Assembly: GCA_043812955.1 (NCBI GenBank)
Contig: JBDRLN010000040.1
Coordinates: 685-64,684 of the forward strand
Length of the DNA stretch: 64,000 nucleotides
DNA from: Candidatus Omnitrophota bacterium
Lineage (GTDB): Bacteria; Omnitrophota; Gorgyraeia; Gygaellales; Profunditerraquicolaceae
Reading direction: 5' to 3'
Positions 45,451 through 54,559 of the stretch are shown here, in pieces; the first letter of the stretch is position 1; the number at the start of each line of letters is the position of its first letter. The notes under the pieces are model-generated. The model had not been told where the DNA came from and did not search any database. It was given only the letters and a program-made list of their open reading frames with translations. The position numbers and the translations under genes were made by a program.

Positions 45451-46828
45451 ACTTAAATTTATTTTAGGGTTACTGCGTAAGCCAGGGCAAATTATAGCGA
45501 TCATCGGACTAATATTTACAGTCGGATTTCTCTTTTTTATAAGTTACAGTTTAGGGCTTAATCCGGTCATAATATTATTTTTATTTTCTCTGGTTATTTA
45601 TCTGAGGTTCCTTAGGATTACCCATTTTCTAAAAGGTTACCGGATAATTAACTTGATTTTATTATTAGTGATTATTTTTGTCCTGAGTTATTTTATCACT
45701 AACCTGGGCTGGTCGGTATACTGGATTCCGATTGCCGCGATCACCATGCTGGCTACTTTATTATTCGCTGAACCGGTTGTTTCTTTGTTAATCGCGATTG
45801 GAACGGCAGTTAGCGTAGCCTTTATTGAGAAAGGCGACCTTGGTTTAGGGTCTTTATTTTTAATCAGCGGGATGCTTTCTTCAGTGCTTGTTTTTGGCGC
45901 GCGCAGGCGCAGCGTGATTATCCGCAGCGGTTTTATAATAGGCCTAGTCCAGGCAGGTTCTTTATTACTCATCAACCGCTTTAATCTGATCAACTATACT
46001 GATTATGGCATACTTGTGGCTAACGGAATTTTATGTGGCATAGTTACCTTGGGTTCTTTGACTATATTTGAGTATTTGTTTAATACCATAACCAACGTAA
46101 GTTTATTGGAATTAGCTGATTTTAACCATCCGTTATTAAACCGGATGATATTAGAGGCGCCGGGGACTTATCATCACTCGCTTATTGTCGGTAATTTATC
46201 CGAGGCTGCCTGCGCCGCTATAGGGGCAAATTCATTATTAGCCAGGGTAGGGGCTTATTATCATGACTTGGGAAAACTCCAAAAGCCGGAGTATTTTAGC
46301 GAGAATCAGGCCTTGAACGGGAATAAACATGAGAGCCTTTCTGCGACCATGAGTAAACTAATAATTATTAATCATGTCAAGGAAGGCATTGATTTAGCCC
46401 GGGAATACAATATCAACCCCCGTTTAATCGATTTTATTCAGCAGCATCACGGCACCAGCTTAGTTTATTATTTTTATAAGAAGGCGGTGGAGACTTTAGA
46501 GGAGGATCAGGAAGTTAAAGAGGAGGGTTTTCGTTATGCCGGTCCAAAGCCGAATACCAAAGAAACCGCCGTAGTCCTTTTGGCTGATTCTGTAGAGGCC
46601 GCCACCCGGGCCTTAAAAGAACCCAGCGCGGCAAAAATCGAAGAGGTAGTGCATAAAATTATTAATAATAAGTTTATTGACGGCCAGCTTGATAAATGTG
46701 ACCTGACCTTAAAGGATTTGGAAAAAATATCGGGCCTATTCATCCATATATTAAGCGGCATATACCATACGCGGGTCAGTTATCCTGATGAAGAAACCGA
46801 TAGTAGTAATAAAAAATCTCCAAAATAG
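45425..46828 (+). CDS. 7TM receptor with intracellular HD hydrolase (7TMR-HD, YqfF-like)
   Basis: Seven TM helices, then an HD domain HHSLIVGNL...YHDLGK. The start at ATG 45425 overlaps the phoH end. The ORF track begins at 45386. Confidence 0.8.
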   Translation: MKKPVATIKLKFILGLLRKPGQIIAIIGLIFTVGFLFFISYSLGLNPVIILFLFSLVIYLRFLRITHFLKGYRIINLILLLVIIFVLSYFITNLGWSVYWIPIAAITMLATLLFAEPVVSLLIAIGTAVSVAFIEKGDLGLGSLFLISGMLSSVLVFGARRRSVIIRSGFIIGLVQAGSLLLINRFNLINYTDYGILVANGILCGIVTLGSLTIFEYLFNTITNVSLLELADFNHPLLNRMILEAPGTYHHSLIVGNLSEAACAAIGANSLLARVGAYYHDLGKLQKPEYFSENQALNGNKHESLSATMSKLIIINHVKEGIDLAREYNINPRLIDFIQQHHGTSLVYYFYKKAVETLEEDQEVKEEGFRYAGPKPNTKETAVVLLADSVEAATRALKEPSAAKIEEVVHKIINNKFIDGQLDKCDLTLKDLEKISGLFIHILSGIYHTRVSYPDEETDSSNKKSPK

Positions 46829-47234
46829 GATCTCCTTATACCCTCAGAATATAAAAAAAATAGTTTATAAAACACTATTCCTAAAATCTTTAAATAAAAT
46901 AGGCCAGGTGAGTATATGCCTGGTGGACGATAGATTAATTAAAGAGCTTAATCGTAAGTATCTGGGTAAGGATTATCCAACTGATGTCCTGTCTTTTGAT
47001 TTGAGCTTAAGAAAAGGCGATATTTCCTGCGAGATAGTAGTTTCTTGCGACAGGGCTTTTTATAACTCCAGGATTTATAAGACATCTGCCGTTTATGAAA
47101 CCTATCTATACCTGATTCACGGCCTTCTGCATATTCTAGGTTATGATGACCGGACCAAAGTAGAAGGGAGATTAATGCAGGAAAAAGCCGAAAAAATACT
47201 TTTAGAGCTCAAAGTCGGTCATTTTAAATCTTAA
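46788..47234 (+). CDS. ybeY: Endoribonuclease YbeY (rRNA maturation factor)
   Basis: HGLLHILGYDD zinc-binding H..H..H motif. Confidence 0.85.
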   Translation: MKKPIVVIKNLQNRISLYPQNIKKIVYKTLFLKSLNKIGQVSICLVDDRLIKELNRKYLGKDYPTDVLSFDLSLRKGDISCEIVVSCDRAFYNSRIYKTSAVYETYLYLIHGLLHILGYDDRTKVEGRLMQEKAEKILLELKVGHFKS

Positions 47235-47274
47235 CTCTTGAATCTTAATTCTTAACTCTTAACCCTGAAATATT

Positions 47275-48042
47275 ATGCCTATACACAAAGCCGAAGCAAT
47301 AGTCTTAAATAAGCGCGATTTTCGCGAAACTTCATTAATAGTTAATTTCTATACCCGGGAATTCGGGAAATTATCCGGTATATTAAAAGGTATCAGAAAA
47401 GAGCCGAATAAGTTTGCTAGCTCCCTAGAGCTTTTTTCGCTCAATGACATAGTATTTTATAAACATAGCACTACTACTTTACACCTGGTCAGCCAGTGCG
47501 ACCTGAAGAATAATTTTATTCCCCTCCGGCAAAATATGTTTAAGGTGGGCATGGCCAACATAGTCCTGGAGTTGATTGACGCTGTAATGCAGCCAGATGA
47601 CCGGAATGAGGATATATTTAATTTAGGGTTGGATACTCTGTCCGGATTGGTTTCTAGTAATAATCCGGACAAGATTACTACTATCTTTAAAATAAAAATG
47701 CTCTCTCTGTCGGGTTTTAAACCGAATCTGGATTCCTGCGTCATATGCGCGAATAAAATCCTAGGTGAGTCTAAATTCAGCCTTAAATTAGGCGGGTTGC
47801 TTTGTTTAAAATGCGCCCCTAAGGATTTGAATTCCCGGGCGATATTCAGAGGAACGATAGCCACGATATTACATATTGAAAAAAATGATTTTAAGGTTAA
47901 TCTAAACCTAGGGATCAATCCTCAGATTAAGAGAGAGCTGGATCTGGTATTGAATTCCTTTCTTAATTATCATCTGGAGAAAGAGCTCAAGTCTCAGAAG
48001 GTATTGAATAAGATTGAGAATTTTATCCCAGCAATCAGATAA
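47275..48042 (+). CDS. recO: DNA repair protein RecO
   Basis: An N-terminal OB fold and a C-terminal Cys4 zinc motif CVICANK...CLKC. Confidence 0.85.
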   Translation: MPIHKAEAIVLNKRDFRETSLIVNFYTREFGKLSGILKGIRKEPNKFASSLELFSLNDIVFYKHSTTTLHLVSQCDLKNNFIPLRQNMFKVGMANIVLELIDAVMQPDDRNEDIFNLGLDTLSGLVSSNNPDKITTIFKIKMLSLSGFKPNLDSCVICANKILGESKFSLKLGGLLCLKCAPKDLNSRAIFRGTIATILHIEKNDFKVNLNLGINPQIKRELDLVLNSFLNYHLEKELKSQKVLNKIENFIPAIR

Positions 48043-48054
48043 ATTAACAACCAC

Positions 48055-48232
48055 TAGGGGTCAGGTCCCTTTGATATAACCAATTGCAAGATATGTTGTT
48101 ACAAACAGCCACTTTGCACTTTTTTTATATTAGTCATATCTAATAAAAGTGATAATTGACTAGTCAGAACTTATTGTATCATATAGTGTTGGAGTAAGGG
48201 GACCTGGTCCCCAGTTTGGTCCCCAGTTTACT
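48055..48232. repeat. MITE-like element with about 18-bp imperfect terminal inverted repeats (CTAGGGGTCAGGTCCCTT ... AAGGGGACCTGGTCCCCAG)
   Basis: The two ends are reverse complements with 2 to 3 mismatches and flank a roughly 120-bp AT-rich core. A partial inverted relative lies at 61580-61659. Confidence 0.4.
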
Positions 48233-48245
48233 AATGGAGGCGCGG

Positions 48246-49181
48246 ATGAAAATAGGCATAGTCGGGCCCGGGGCAATGGGATGTTTATTCGCCGCCTATT
48301 TATCCAAGGCTGGCGCGGATGCGGATATCTGCTTAATAGATAACGATAAGGAAAGGGCTGCGAAAATCAGCCAGCAGGGTATATTAGTTGAAGGTATCTC
48401 CGGAAATTGGCAGGCTAATGTCAAGGTTACTGCTGATATACAGCAATTGGGTTTTTTAGATTTGATAATCTTTTGCGTAAAATCATATGATACTAAAATA
48501 GTCGCAGCCCATATCAAGCCTTTGGTAGGCGTTAATACCCTGGTGCTTACCCTGCAGAATGGAATCGGAAATATAGAAATTATCAGCGAGATTATCGGCC
48601 AGGATAAAGTGATCGCGGGTGTTACTAATCTCGGCTCAACCTTAATTAGCGATGGCCATATAAGGCATGCGGGCCTGGGAGAGACTTTGATCGGCAGGCT
48701 GGATGGAAAGCTGCCTGCCCAGATGCGCTCTTTAAGGGAGATTTTTAACCGGGTGGGTTTGGATGCCCGGATATCCCGGGATATAAAAAGCTGGTTATGG
48801 TCAAAGCTAGTGATTAATGCCGGCATAAATCCTCTTAGCGCCATAACTCGGTTAAATAATGGGCATTTGGTGGAGATAGAGACTGTGCGCAAGATAATGC
48901 GCGAGGCAGTTACAGAGGCCCTAAAAGTAATCAAGCGAAAAAGGATTAAGCTTATTTTTGATGATCCCTTAGCTAAGGTAGAAGCAGTATGCGAGGCAAC
49001 GGCAAATAATGTATCCTCGATGCTTCAGGATGTCTTAAGGAGCAAGCGCACCGAGATAGATTTTATTAACGGGGTAATTGTGCGCTTGGGCCAAGAGTTA
49101 GGGGTTTTAGTTCCGGTTAATTCACTTTTGGTTGACTTGGTTAAAACCATTGAAACAAGCTACCGCTTGCATTTAAAATGA
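48246..49181 (+). CDS. panE: 2-dehydropantoate 2-reductase (ketopantoate reductase)
   Basis: MKIGIVGPGAMGCLFAAYL Rossmann N-terminus. ApbA C-terminal domain. RBS GGAGG upstream of ATG 48246. Confidence 0.8.
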   Translation: MKIGIVGPGAMGCLFAAYLSKAGADADICLIDNDKERAAKISQQGILVEGISGNWQANVKVTADIQQLGFLDLIIFCVKSYDTKIVAAHIKPLVGVNTLVLTLQNGIGNIEIISEIIGQDKVIAGVTNLGSTLISDGHIRHAGLGETLIGRLDGKLPAQMRSLREIFNRVGLDARISRDIKSWLWSKLVINAGINPLSAITRLNNGHLVEIETVRKIMREAVTEALKVIKRKRIKLIFDDPLAKVEAVCEATANNVSSMLQDVLRSKRTEIDFINGVIVRLGQELGVLVPVNSLLVDLVKTIETSYRLHLK

Positions 49182-49561
49182 ACTTATTGCCCGGGAAAAA
49201 TATTTTAGTTATTGACGATAATATAAATAACAGCGATGTGCTAAAATTGTGTTTAGAAGATGCGGGCTATAGAGTATTTATCGTGGCCAGCGCACTCCAT
49301 GGCCTGGAAAAAATTAAGACTGAGAAAATAGATTTAATTATTTCAGATTTAGCCTTGCCGGGCCTGGATGGATTCGGGTTATTGACTATACTTAAGAGTG
49401 ATCCTCTGACTAAAGAAATACCGGTTTTAATCCTGACTAACAGGGATTCCAGGAGCGAGCTAGAGGAAGCGTTAAAATTAGGGGCAGTTGATTGTGTAGT
49501 AAGATATAGAAATCCCCCGGCAGCACTTTTGAAAATCGTAAACACGATCCTGAACATTTAA
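49178..49561 (+). CDS. Single-domain response regulator (CheY-like receiver)
   Basis: ILVIDDN...DLIISDLALPGLDG...K. Confidence 0.8.
   Translation: MNLLPGKNILVIDDNINNSDVLKLCLEDAGYRVFIVASALHGLEKIKTEKIDLIISDLALPGLDGFGLLTILKSDPLTKEIPVLILTNRDSRSELEEALKLGAVDCVVRYRNPPAALLKIVNTILNI
49512..49553 (+). repeat. 40-bp direct repeat, left copy (3' end of the first response-regulator gene)
   Basis: ATCCCCCGGCAGCACTTTTGAAAATCGTAAACACGATCCTGA, near-identical to 49997-50038. Confidence 0.8.
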
Positions 49562-49577
49562 AAAAAAGGAGGATACG

Positions 49578-49949
49578 ATGGCCAAAATAATTATGATAAT
49601 AGATGATAGTCCTCTCAGTCGGGAGATGAATCGGGTAAATTTGGTAAAGGCGGGTTATCAGGTAATTCTGGCCGAGGATGGCCTGCAGGCCATCGCTAAA
49701 TTAAAGGCAGATAATAATGTCGATCTAATTATTATGGACCTGGTGTTTTCGGGTTTGGATGGGATTAGCGTTCTTTCTGTTATTAGGGATGAGCTGGGGT
49801 TAAATAATATGCCAGTAATAATTTTTACCAACAGTGAAGATGAGGCGGATAAACAGGCGGCATTTAAATTAGGGGTGATAGAGTATATGGTTAAACATAA
49901 AGTATCCACAGATAGCCTGGTAAAATATATTAAGCAGTTGATACATTAG
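49578..49949 (+). CDS. Single-domain response regulator (CheY-like receiver), second copy
   Basis: IIMIIDDS...DLIIMDLVFSGLDG...K. About 30% identical to the first response regulator. Confidence 0.8.
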   Translation: MAKIIMIIDDSPLSREMNRVNLVKAGYQVILAEDGLQAIAKLKADNNVDLIIMDLVFSGLDGISVLSVIRDELGLNNMPVIIFTNSEDEADKQAAFKLGVIEYMVKHKVSTDSLVKYIKQLIH

Positions 49950-49996
49950 ATCTTTATATTTCTCTTATTCATTATCTTCTTCAGTGGTTGTTCCTA

Positions 49997-50038
49997 TTTC
50001 CCCAGGCAGAACTTTTGAAAATCGTAAACACGATTCTG
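49997..50038 (+). repeat. 40-bp direct repeat, right copy
   Basis: TTTCCCCAGGCAGAACTTTTGAAAATCGTAAACACGATTCTGA. Together with the left copy it brackets the second response-regulator gene. Confidence 0.8.
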
Positions 50039-50046
50039 AGCGCCAA

Positions 50047-50988
50047 ATGAAATTTATTAATTTCAAAAAATCCCTGACCCGACCTACTACCTACTATCTA
50101 CTATCTACTGTTTTGTTCTGCGGTTGTTCTTCCCCTCATCTTTATAAAGAGAACAGGATTTTGCTGGGTACTTTTGTTGAAGTAACCTCTCCTTATAAGG
50201 AAGCAGCGAATACTGCTTTTGAGGAAATATCTAGAATTGAAAAGTTATTGAGTAAATATGACCCGGAGAGCGAAATATCCAGGTTAAATAGATCCGGCGA
50301 ATTGGCTGTCAGCGACGATACATTATATATTTTAAAGAAGGCCGAGGAATTTTGGAAGCTTACTGACGGAATTTTTGACGTAACTGTTGGACCGTTAATG
50401 GACCTCTGGGGTTTTAGCGATAAAAAATATATTCTGCCTAATCCTGAGGATATCCAAAAAACACTGGAAGGGGTTGGTTTTGATAAAATAATTTTTAATA
50501 ATCAAAATAATGTGATAAAATACAAAACTTCCGGAGTAAAAATTGACCTGGGCGGGATTGCCAAGGGCTTTGCTATTGAGATGGCCGTAAAGAGGTTAAA
50601 AGAAAAAGGAATAACCAGCTGCCTGATTAATGCCGGCGGTCAGGTTTATTGCCTGGGAGATAATTCCGGGAGGCCCTGGAGAGTGGGCATAAAGAATCCG
50701 CGCAAACCGGGTATTGTTGATTATCTAGAATTAAAAGATAAAGCGGTATCTACCTCCGGGGATTATGAGCAGTATTTTATTGTAAATGGCAGGCGTTTTA
50801 CTCATATAATTAATCCTGAAACAGGCTATCCTGTTGACGCCGGGATTATATCAGTAACCGTAATTGCCGATGATTCTACAATTGCGGATTGCCTATCTAC
50901 ATCTATTTTTGTCTTGGGTAAAGCTAAGGGTTTAGAACTGGCCAAGGCAATAGCGAATGTCCAGGTAAAGGTGGTAAGCGAGAGATGA
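50047..50988 (+). CDS. apbE: FAD:protein FMN transferase (ApbE family lipoprotein)
   Basis: Lipobox VLFCGCSS and the GGIAKGFAIE signature. ATG at 50047; the ORF track starts at 49984 inside the repeat. Confidence 0.8.
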   Translation: MKFINFKKSLTRPTTYYLLSTVLFCGCSSPHLYKENRILLGTFVEVTSPYKEAANTAFEEISRIEKLLSKYDPESEISRLNRSGELAVSDDTLYILKKAEEFWKLTDGIFDVTVGPLMDLWGFSDKKYILPNPEDIQKTLEGVGFDKIIFNNQNNVIKYKTSGVKIDLGGIAKGFAIEMAVKRLKEKGITSCLINAGGQVYCLGDNSGRPWRVGIKNPRKPGIVDYLELKDKAVSTSGDYEQYFIVNGRRFTHIINPETGYPVDAGIISVTVIADDSTIADCLSTSIFVLGKAKGLELAKAIANVQVKVVSER

Positions 50989-52304
50989 GCGTTAATTTTA
51001 ATCCGATGTTTGTTTATTTCTCCCAGCTTTTGGATAAACCGGTCATTGATTCTAGCGGCCAGGAAGTGGGAGCATTGTATGATATAATAGTAAAGGCTAC
51101 GGAGGTTTATCCTCAGTCCTCGCATCTGATAATCCGCAAGGGGTCAATAAATCATCAATACGCGGTAGTGCCTTGGGCTAATGTAGCTGAGAGGGACAAT
51201 AAAGAAATAAGGCTTAATATTGGCGCCAGCGGGATCGTTTTTACTGAACATCACGATAATAAAGAAGAGCTTACATTACGCCGGGATATATTGGATCAGC
51301 AGGTGGTAGATACTTATAACCATAAAGCTATCCGGGTCAATGATATTCATCTTCTAGCAGTAGACCATTCTTTAATGATTGCCCATGTGGATATCAGCCT
51401 AAGAGGGTTATTCCGGCGTTTGGGATTTGAAGGAATCGCTGATTTTCTGGTAGGCCTATTTAATAAAAATGCCGGTTATCTTAAAACCGAGCATTTAATT
51501 TCTTGGAAGCATATCCAGCCCTTATCAGTCAATCCGGTAAGCAAGACTATTAAAGTTAATTTTCCGCAAAAGAAATTAAATTCCATCCCTGCCGCTGACC
51601 TGGGCGAGATTTTCCTGGATTTAAATATTAAGGATCAGATGGTATTATTTAAGTCCCTGGATTTAAATACCCGGGCTAAGATTTTTCTGGGAATCGATTT
51701 TAAATACCAAAGGTCATTGATCGAGGAATTACCGGATAATGATGTAGCTGCTATTTTAAACGCTATCCCTACCGATGAGGCCACAGATTTCCTGGAAAAA
51801 TTACCTAAGGACCAGGTTAACCGTTTCTTAGGGATAATGGAGAACAAACAGGCTAAAAAGCTTTCGCAATTATTAGGTTATTCCAGCGATTCTGCCGGGG
51901 GGCTTATGACCGCTGATTTTTTATCGGTGTTTAGGGATATGCCGGTAGAGGCGGTATTGGCCCAGATCAGGGAGAGGGCATTTAAGGTGGAACCTGCTCA
52001 ATTTGTATATATCGTTGATGAAAATAATAGGTTGGTCGGCGCGACTAATTTCAGGAGACTTATAATAGCCAATCCGGCTGATCCGGTATCTAAAACAACT
52101 TTTGCCAAGACTTATTTTGTGAATCTAAACTCTAGCGTAAAAGAAGTGGCTTATTTAATGGAGAAGTATAAATATTACGCGATCCCCGTAGTTGACGATA
52201 ATAATTCCCTGCAGGGGATTATTACGGTTGATGATATACTCAGTCAGGTTATTTCTATCGCCTGGCGCAGGCTCAAAAAAATAAAAGTTTTACCAAAGCA
52301 ATGA
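50985..52304 (+). CDS. Soluble PRC-barrel, MgtE N-terminal domain and CBS-pair protein with no transmembrane region
   Basis: N-terminal PRC-barrel-like segment, an MgtE_N helical domain (AADLGEIFLDL...EATDFLEKLP) and two CBS motifs (VYIVDENNRLVGATN / YAIPVVDDNNSLQGIITVDD). No TM helices. Confidence 0.7.
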   Translation: MSVNFNPMFVYFSQLLDKPVIDSSGQEVGALYDIIVKATEVYPQSSHLIIRKGSINHQYAVVPWANVAERDNKEIRLNIGASGIVFTEHHDNKEELTLRRDILDQQVVDTYNHKAIRVNDIHLLAVDHSLMIAHVDISLRGLFRRLGFEGIADFLVGLFNKNAGYLKTEHLISWKHIQPLSVNPVSKTIKVNFPQKKLNSIPAADLGEIFLDLNIKDQMVLFKSLDLNTRAKIFLGIDFKYQRSLIEELPDNDVAAILNAIPTDEATDFLEKLPKDQVNRFLGIMENKQAKKLSQLLGYSSDSAGGLMTADFLSVFRDMPVEAVLAQIRERAFKVEPAQFVYIVDENNRLVGATNFRRLIIANPADPVSKTTFAKTYFVNLNSSVKEVAYLMEKYKYYAIPVVDDNNSLQGIITVDDILSQVISIAWRRLKKIKVLPKQ

Positions 52305-52335
52305 TCCGGACAGCAAATATTTTTTCTTAAAAGGA

Positions 52336-52361
52336 GTAGGGGAGGTTTAAACCTCCCCTAC
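52336..52361. repeat. Perfect palindrome GTAGGGGAGGTTTAAACCTCCCCTAC
   Basis: 26-bp hairpin between the MgtE-N/CBS gene and the NRAMP gene, with no trailing T-run. Confidence 0.6.
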
Positions 52362-52396
52362 TATGGTGAATAAAATAGTCCAACCGAAACAATAAT

Positions 52397-53635
52397 ATGA
52401 ATAAGCTAAAGAAATATTGGAGAGAGCTGCTGATCTTTCTGTCCATAATGGGCCCGGGTATTATTACCGCTAATGTGGATAATGATGCCGGAGGCATCAC
52501 TACTTATTCCGTAGCCGGAGCCCATTTTGGGTATTCGCTGATCTGGTCTTTTGTCCCTATTATTATAGCCCTGATTATTATTCAGGAGATGTGCAGCCGC
52601 ATGGCTGTAGTAACCGGAAAAGGCTTGGCCGATTTGATCCGCGAAGAGTTCGGGGTCAGGGTTACCTTTTACGCTATGACTGTTTTGGTATTTTCGAATA
52701 TTTTTAATACTATATCCGAATTTGCCGGCATTGCCGCGGCGTCCGAGCTTTTTGGGATGAGTAAATATGCCTTGGTACCGGCCTGCGCGATATTTGTCTG
52801 GTGGCTAATAGTCAAGGGGACCTACAAAACAGTGGAAAAGGTTTTTTTAGCCGCCTGCCTTTTTTACCTGTCCTACATCTTTTCCGGATTTTTATCTAAT
52901 CCTGACTGGAATGAGGTGGTGGCTAGTTCTCTAAAACCCAGCATAAAATTTGATAAGGCTTATCTATTTATGCTCATGGGGATCATCGGGACCACTATCG
53001 CTCCCTGGATGCAATTTTACCAGCAGTCGTCAGTAGTGGAAAAGGAGATCAAACTAAAAAATTATAAGTATAGCAAAATGGATGTGATCATTGGTTCGTT
53101 TGTGGTGAATATCGTCGCTATTTTTATAGTGGTAGTCTGCGCCAATACCCTTTTTAAACACGGGATAAGGATAGATTCGGCTAAGGACGCGGCTTTGGCC
53201 CTTAAGCCCCTGGCCGGTAAATATTGTTTTTATCTTTTTGCCTTCGGGCTCTTAAACGCCTCAGTATTCTCGGCTTGTATCCTGCCGTTATCTACCGCTT
53301 ATTCGGTTTGCGAGGGCATGGGTTGGGAGGTAGGAGTGAATCGGCGTTTTCGAGAGGCGCCGCAATTTTATACTCTTTATACCGCAGTGATAATTATCGG
53401 GGCGGCGGTAATCCTGCTGCCGAATGTTCCGCTGATTACTGTTATGCTTATCTCCCAGGTGACCAACGGGCTTTTACTTCCTTTTGTTTTGATTTTCATG
53501 CTGCTGCTGGTTAATAATAAGCGCTTGATGGGTAACTATACAAATTCCCGGGTCTACAATATAATAGCCATAACTACAGTTGTTTTAATGATCGTGTTAT
53601 CGATAATGTTGATAGTTAGTTATTTTATCCATTAA
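52397..53635 (+). CDS. mntH: NRAMP family divalent metal (Mn2+/Fe2+) transporter
   Basis: GPGIITANVDNDAGGITTYS N-terminal signature and about 11 TM helices. Confidence 0.9.
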   Translation: MNKLKKYWRELLIFLSIMGPGIITANVDNDAGGITTYSVAGAHFGYSLIWSFVPIIIALIIIQEMCSRMAVVTGKGLADLIREEFGVRVTFYAMTVLVFSNIFNTISEFAGIAAASELFGMSKYALVPACAIFVWWLIVKGTYKTVEKVFLAACLFYLSYIFSGFLSNPDWNEVVASSLKPSIKFDKAYLFMLMGIIGTTIAPWMQFYQQSSVVEKEIKLKNYKYSKMDVIIGSFVVNIVAIFIVVVCANTLFKHGIRIDSAKDAALALKPLAGKYCFYLFAFGLLNASVFSACILPLSTAYSVCEGMGWEVGVNRRFREAPQFYTLYTAVIIIGAAVILLPNVPLITVMLISQVTNGLLLPFVLIFMLLLVNNKRLMGNYTNSRVYNIIAITTVVLMIVLSIMLIVSYFIH

Positions 53636-53637
53636 TA

Positions 53638-54483
53638 ATGAGCAAAATTACTCCTCAGGATATTTTAGGATTAAAGGGTAAGCGTAAAATTACTATGCTT
53701 ACCGCGTATGATTATCCTTTAGCTTTTTTGATTGATAAAGCAGGTATTGATATTATCCTGGTTGGTGATTCTCTGGCTAACGTGGTTTTAGGTTTAGAGT
53801 CTACCAAAGAAGTCGGGATGTCCGAGATGATTTATCATTCTAAGGCTGTTTCCCGGGCAGTTAAACAGGCCTTGCTGGTAGGGGATATGCCTTATGAATC
53901 TTACCAGGTAAATCCCGCAGAATCAGTTAATAATGCCTTAAGGTTTATTAATGAAGCTAAATGCGCTGCTGTAAAGCTGGAATGGTTTGACCAGTGTTTA
54001 GAAGTAACTGAAAAGATTATTAAATCCGGGATACCGGTAATGGGCCATATCGGGCTTACTCCTCAGACCGCGGATAAACTGGGCGGGTTTAAGGTTCAGG
54101 GCAAAGACGCGCAGGCCGCTAAGAAGTTAATCCAGCAGGCTAAAGATCTTCAAGGATTAGGTTGTTTTTCTATAGTCTTAGAATGTGTTCCGGACCGGAT
54201 AGCCCAAATCATTACCAAGGAACTTAAGATTCCTACTATTGGCATCGGGGCAGGTTTATTCTGCGATGGCCAAGTGCTGGTATCTCACGATATGCTCGGG
54301 CTATTTGATAGGTATAAACCGAAATTCGTTAAGCAATATGTGAATTTATCGGAAAGCATTTTGCAGGCGATAGAGGAATATAAGAGCGAGGTTATAAATA
54401 GCAAATTCCCGGATAAAGAACATAGTTTCAGTATTAGCCAGGAAGAGTTGGATAAGTTAAAGACTGATTTGTCCACCCCGTAG
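53638..54483 (+). CDS. panB: 3-methyl-2-oxobutanoate hydroxymethyltransferase
   Basis: ITMLTAYDYPLAFLIDKAGIDIILVGDSLANVVLG. Confidence 0.9.
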   Translation: MSKITPQDILGLKGKRKITMLTAYDYPLAFLIDKAGIDIILVGDSLANVVLGLESTKEVGMSEMIYHSKAVSRAVKQALLVGDMPYESYQVNPAESVNNALRFINEAKCAAVKLEWFDQCLEVTEKIIKSGIPVMGHIGLTPQTADKLGGFKVQGKDAQAAKKLIQQAKDLQGLGCFSIVLECVPDRIAQIITKELKIPTIGIGAGLFCDGQVLVSHDMLGLFDRYKPKFVKQYVNLSESILQAIEEYKSEVINSKFPDKEHSFSISQEELDKLKTDLSTP

Positions 54484-54508
54484 GTGGAGTCCACCTACGG
54501 GGTGGACA
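54472..54508. repeat. Palindromic element CCACCCCGTAGGTGGAGTCCACCTACGGGGTGGA overlapping the panB stop codon
   Basis: Same family as 28412-28463. It supplies the last codons (LSTP*) of panB. Confidence 0.65.
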
Positions 54509-54559
54509 AGGGGATAGGGATTGACAAGCCTGCCAATCTATGTTAAAAATAATAACTCT

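Noticed and set aside
52322-52396. Possible Mn2+ (yybP-ykoY) riboswitch upstream of the NRAMP gene, prompted by the GGAGTAGGGGA motif
   Set aside because: The element is a simple perfect 26-bp palindrome of only about 40 nt. It lacks the two coaxial helical arms and conserved L1/L3 loops of the riboswitch. I kept it as a palindrome only.
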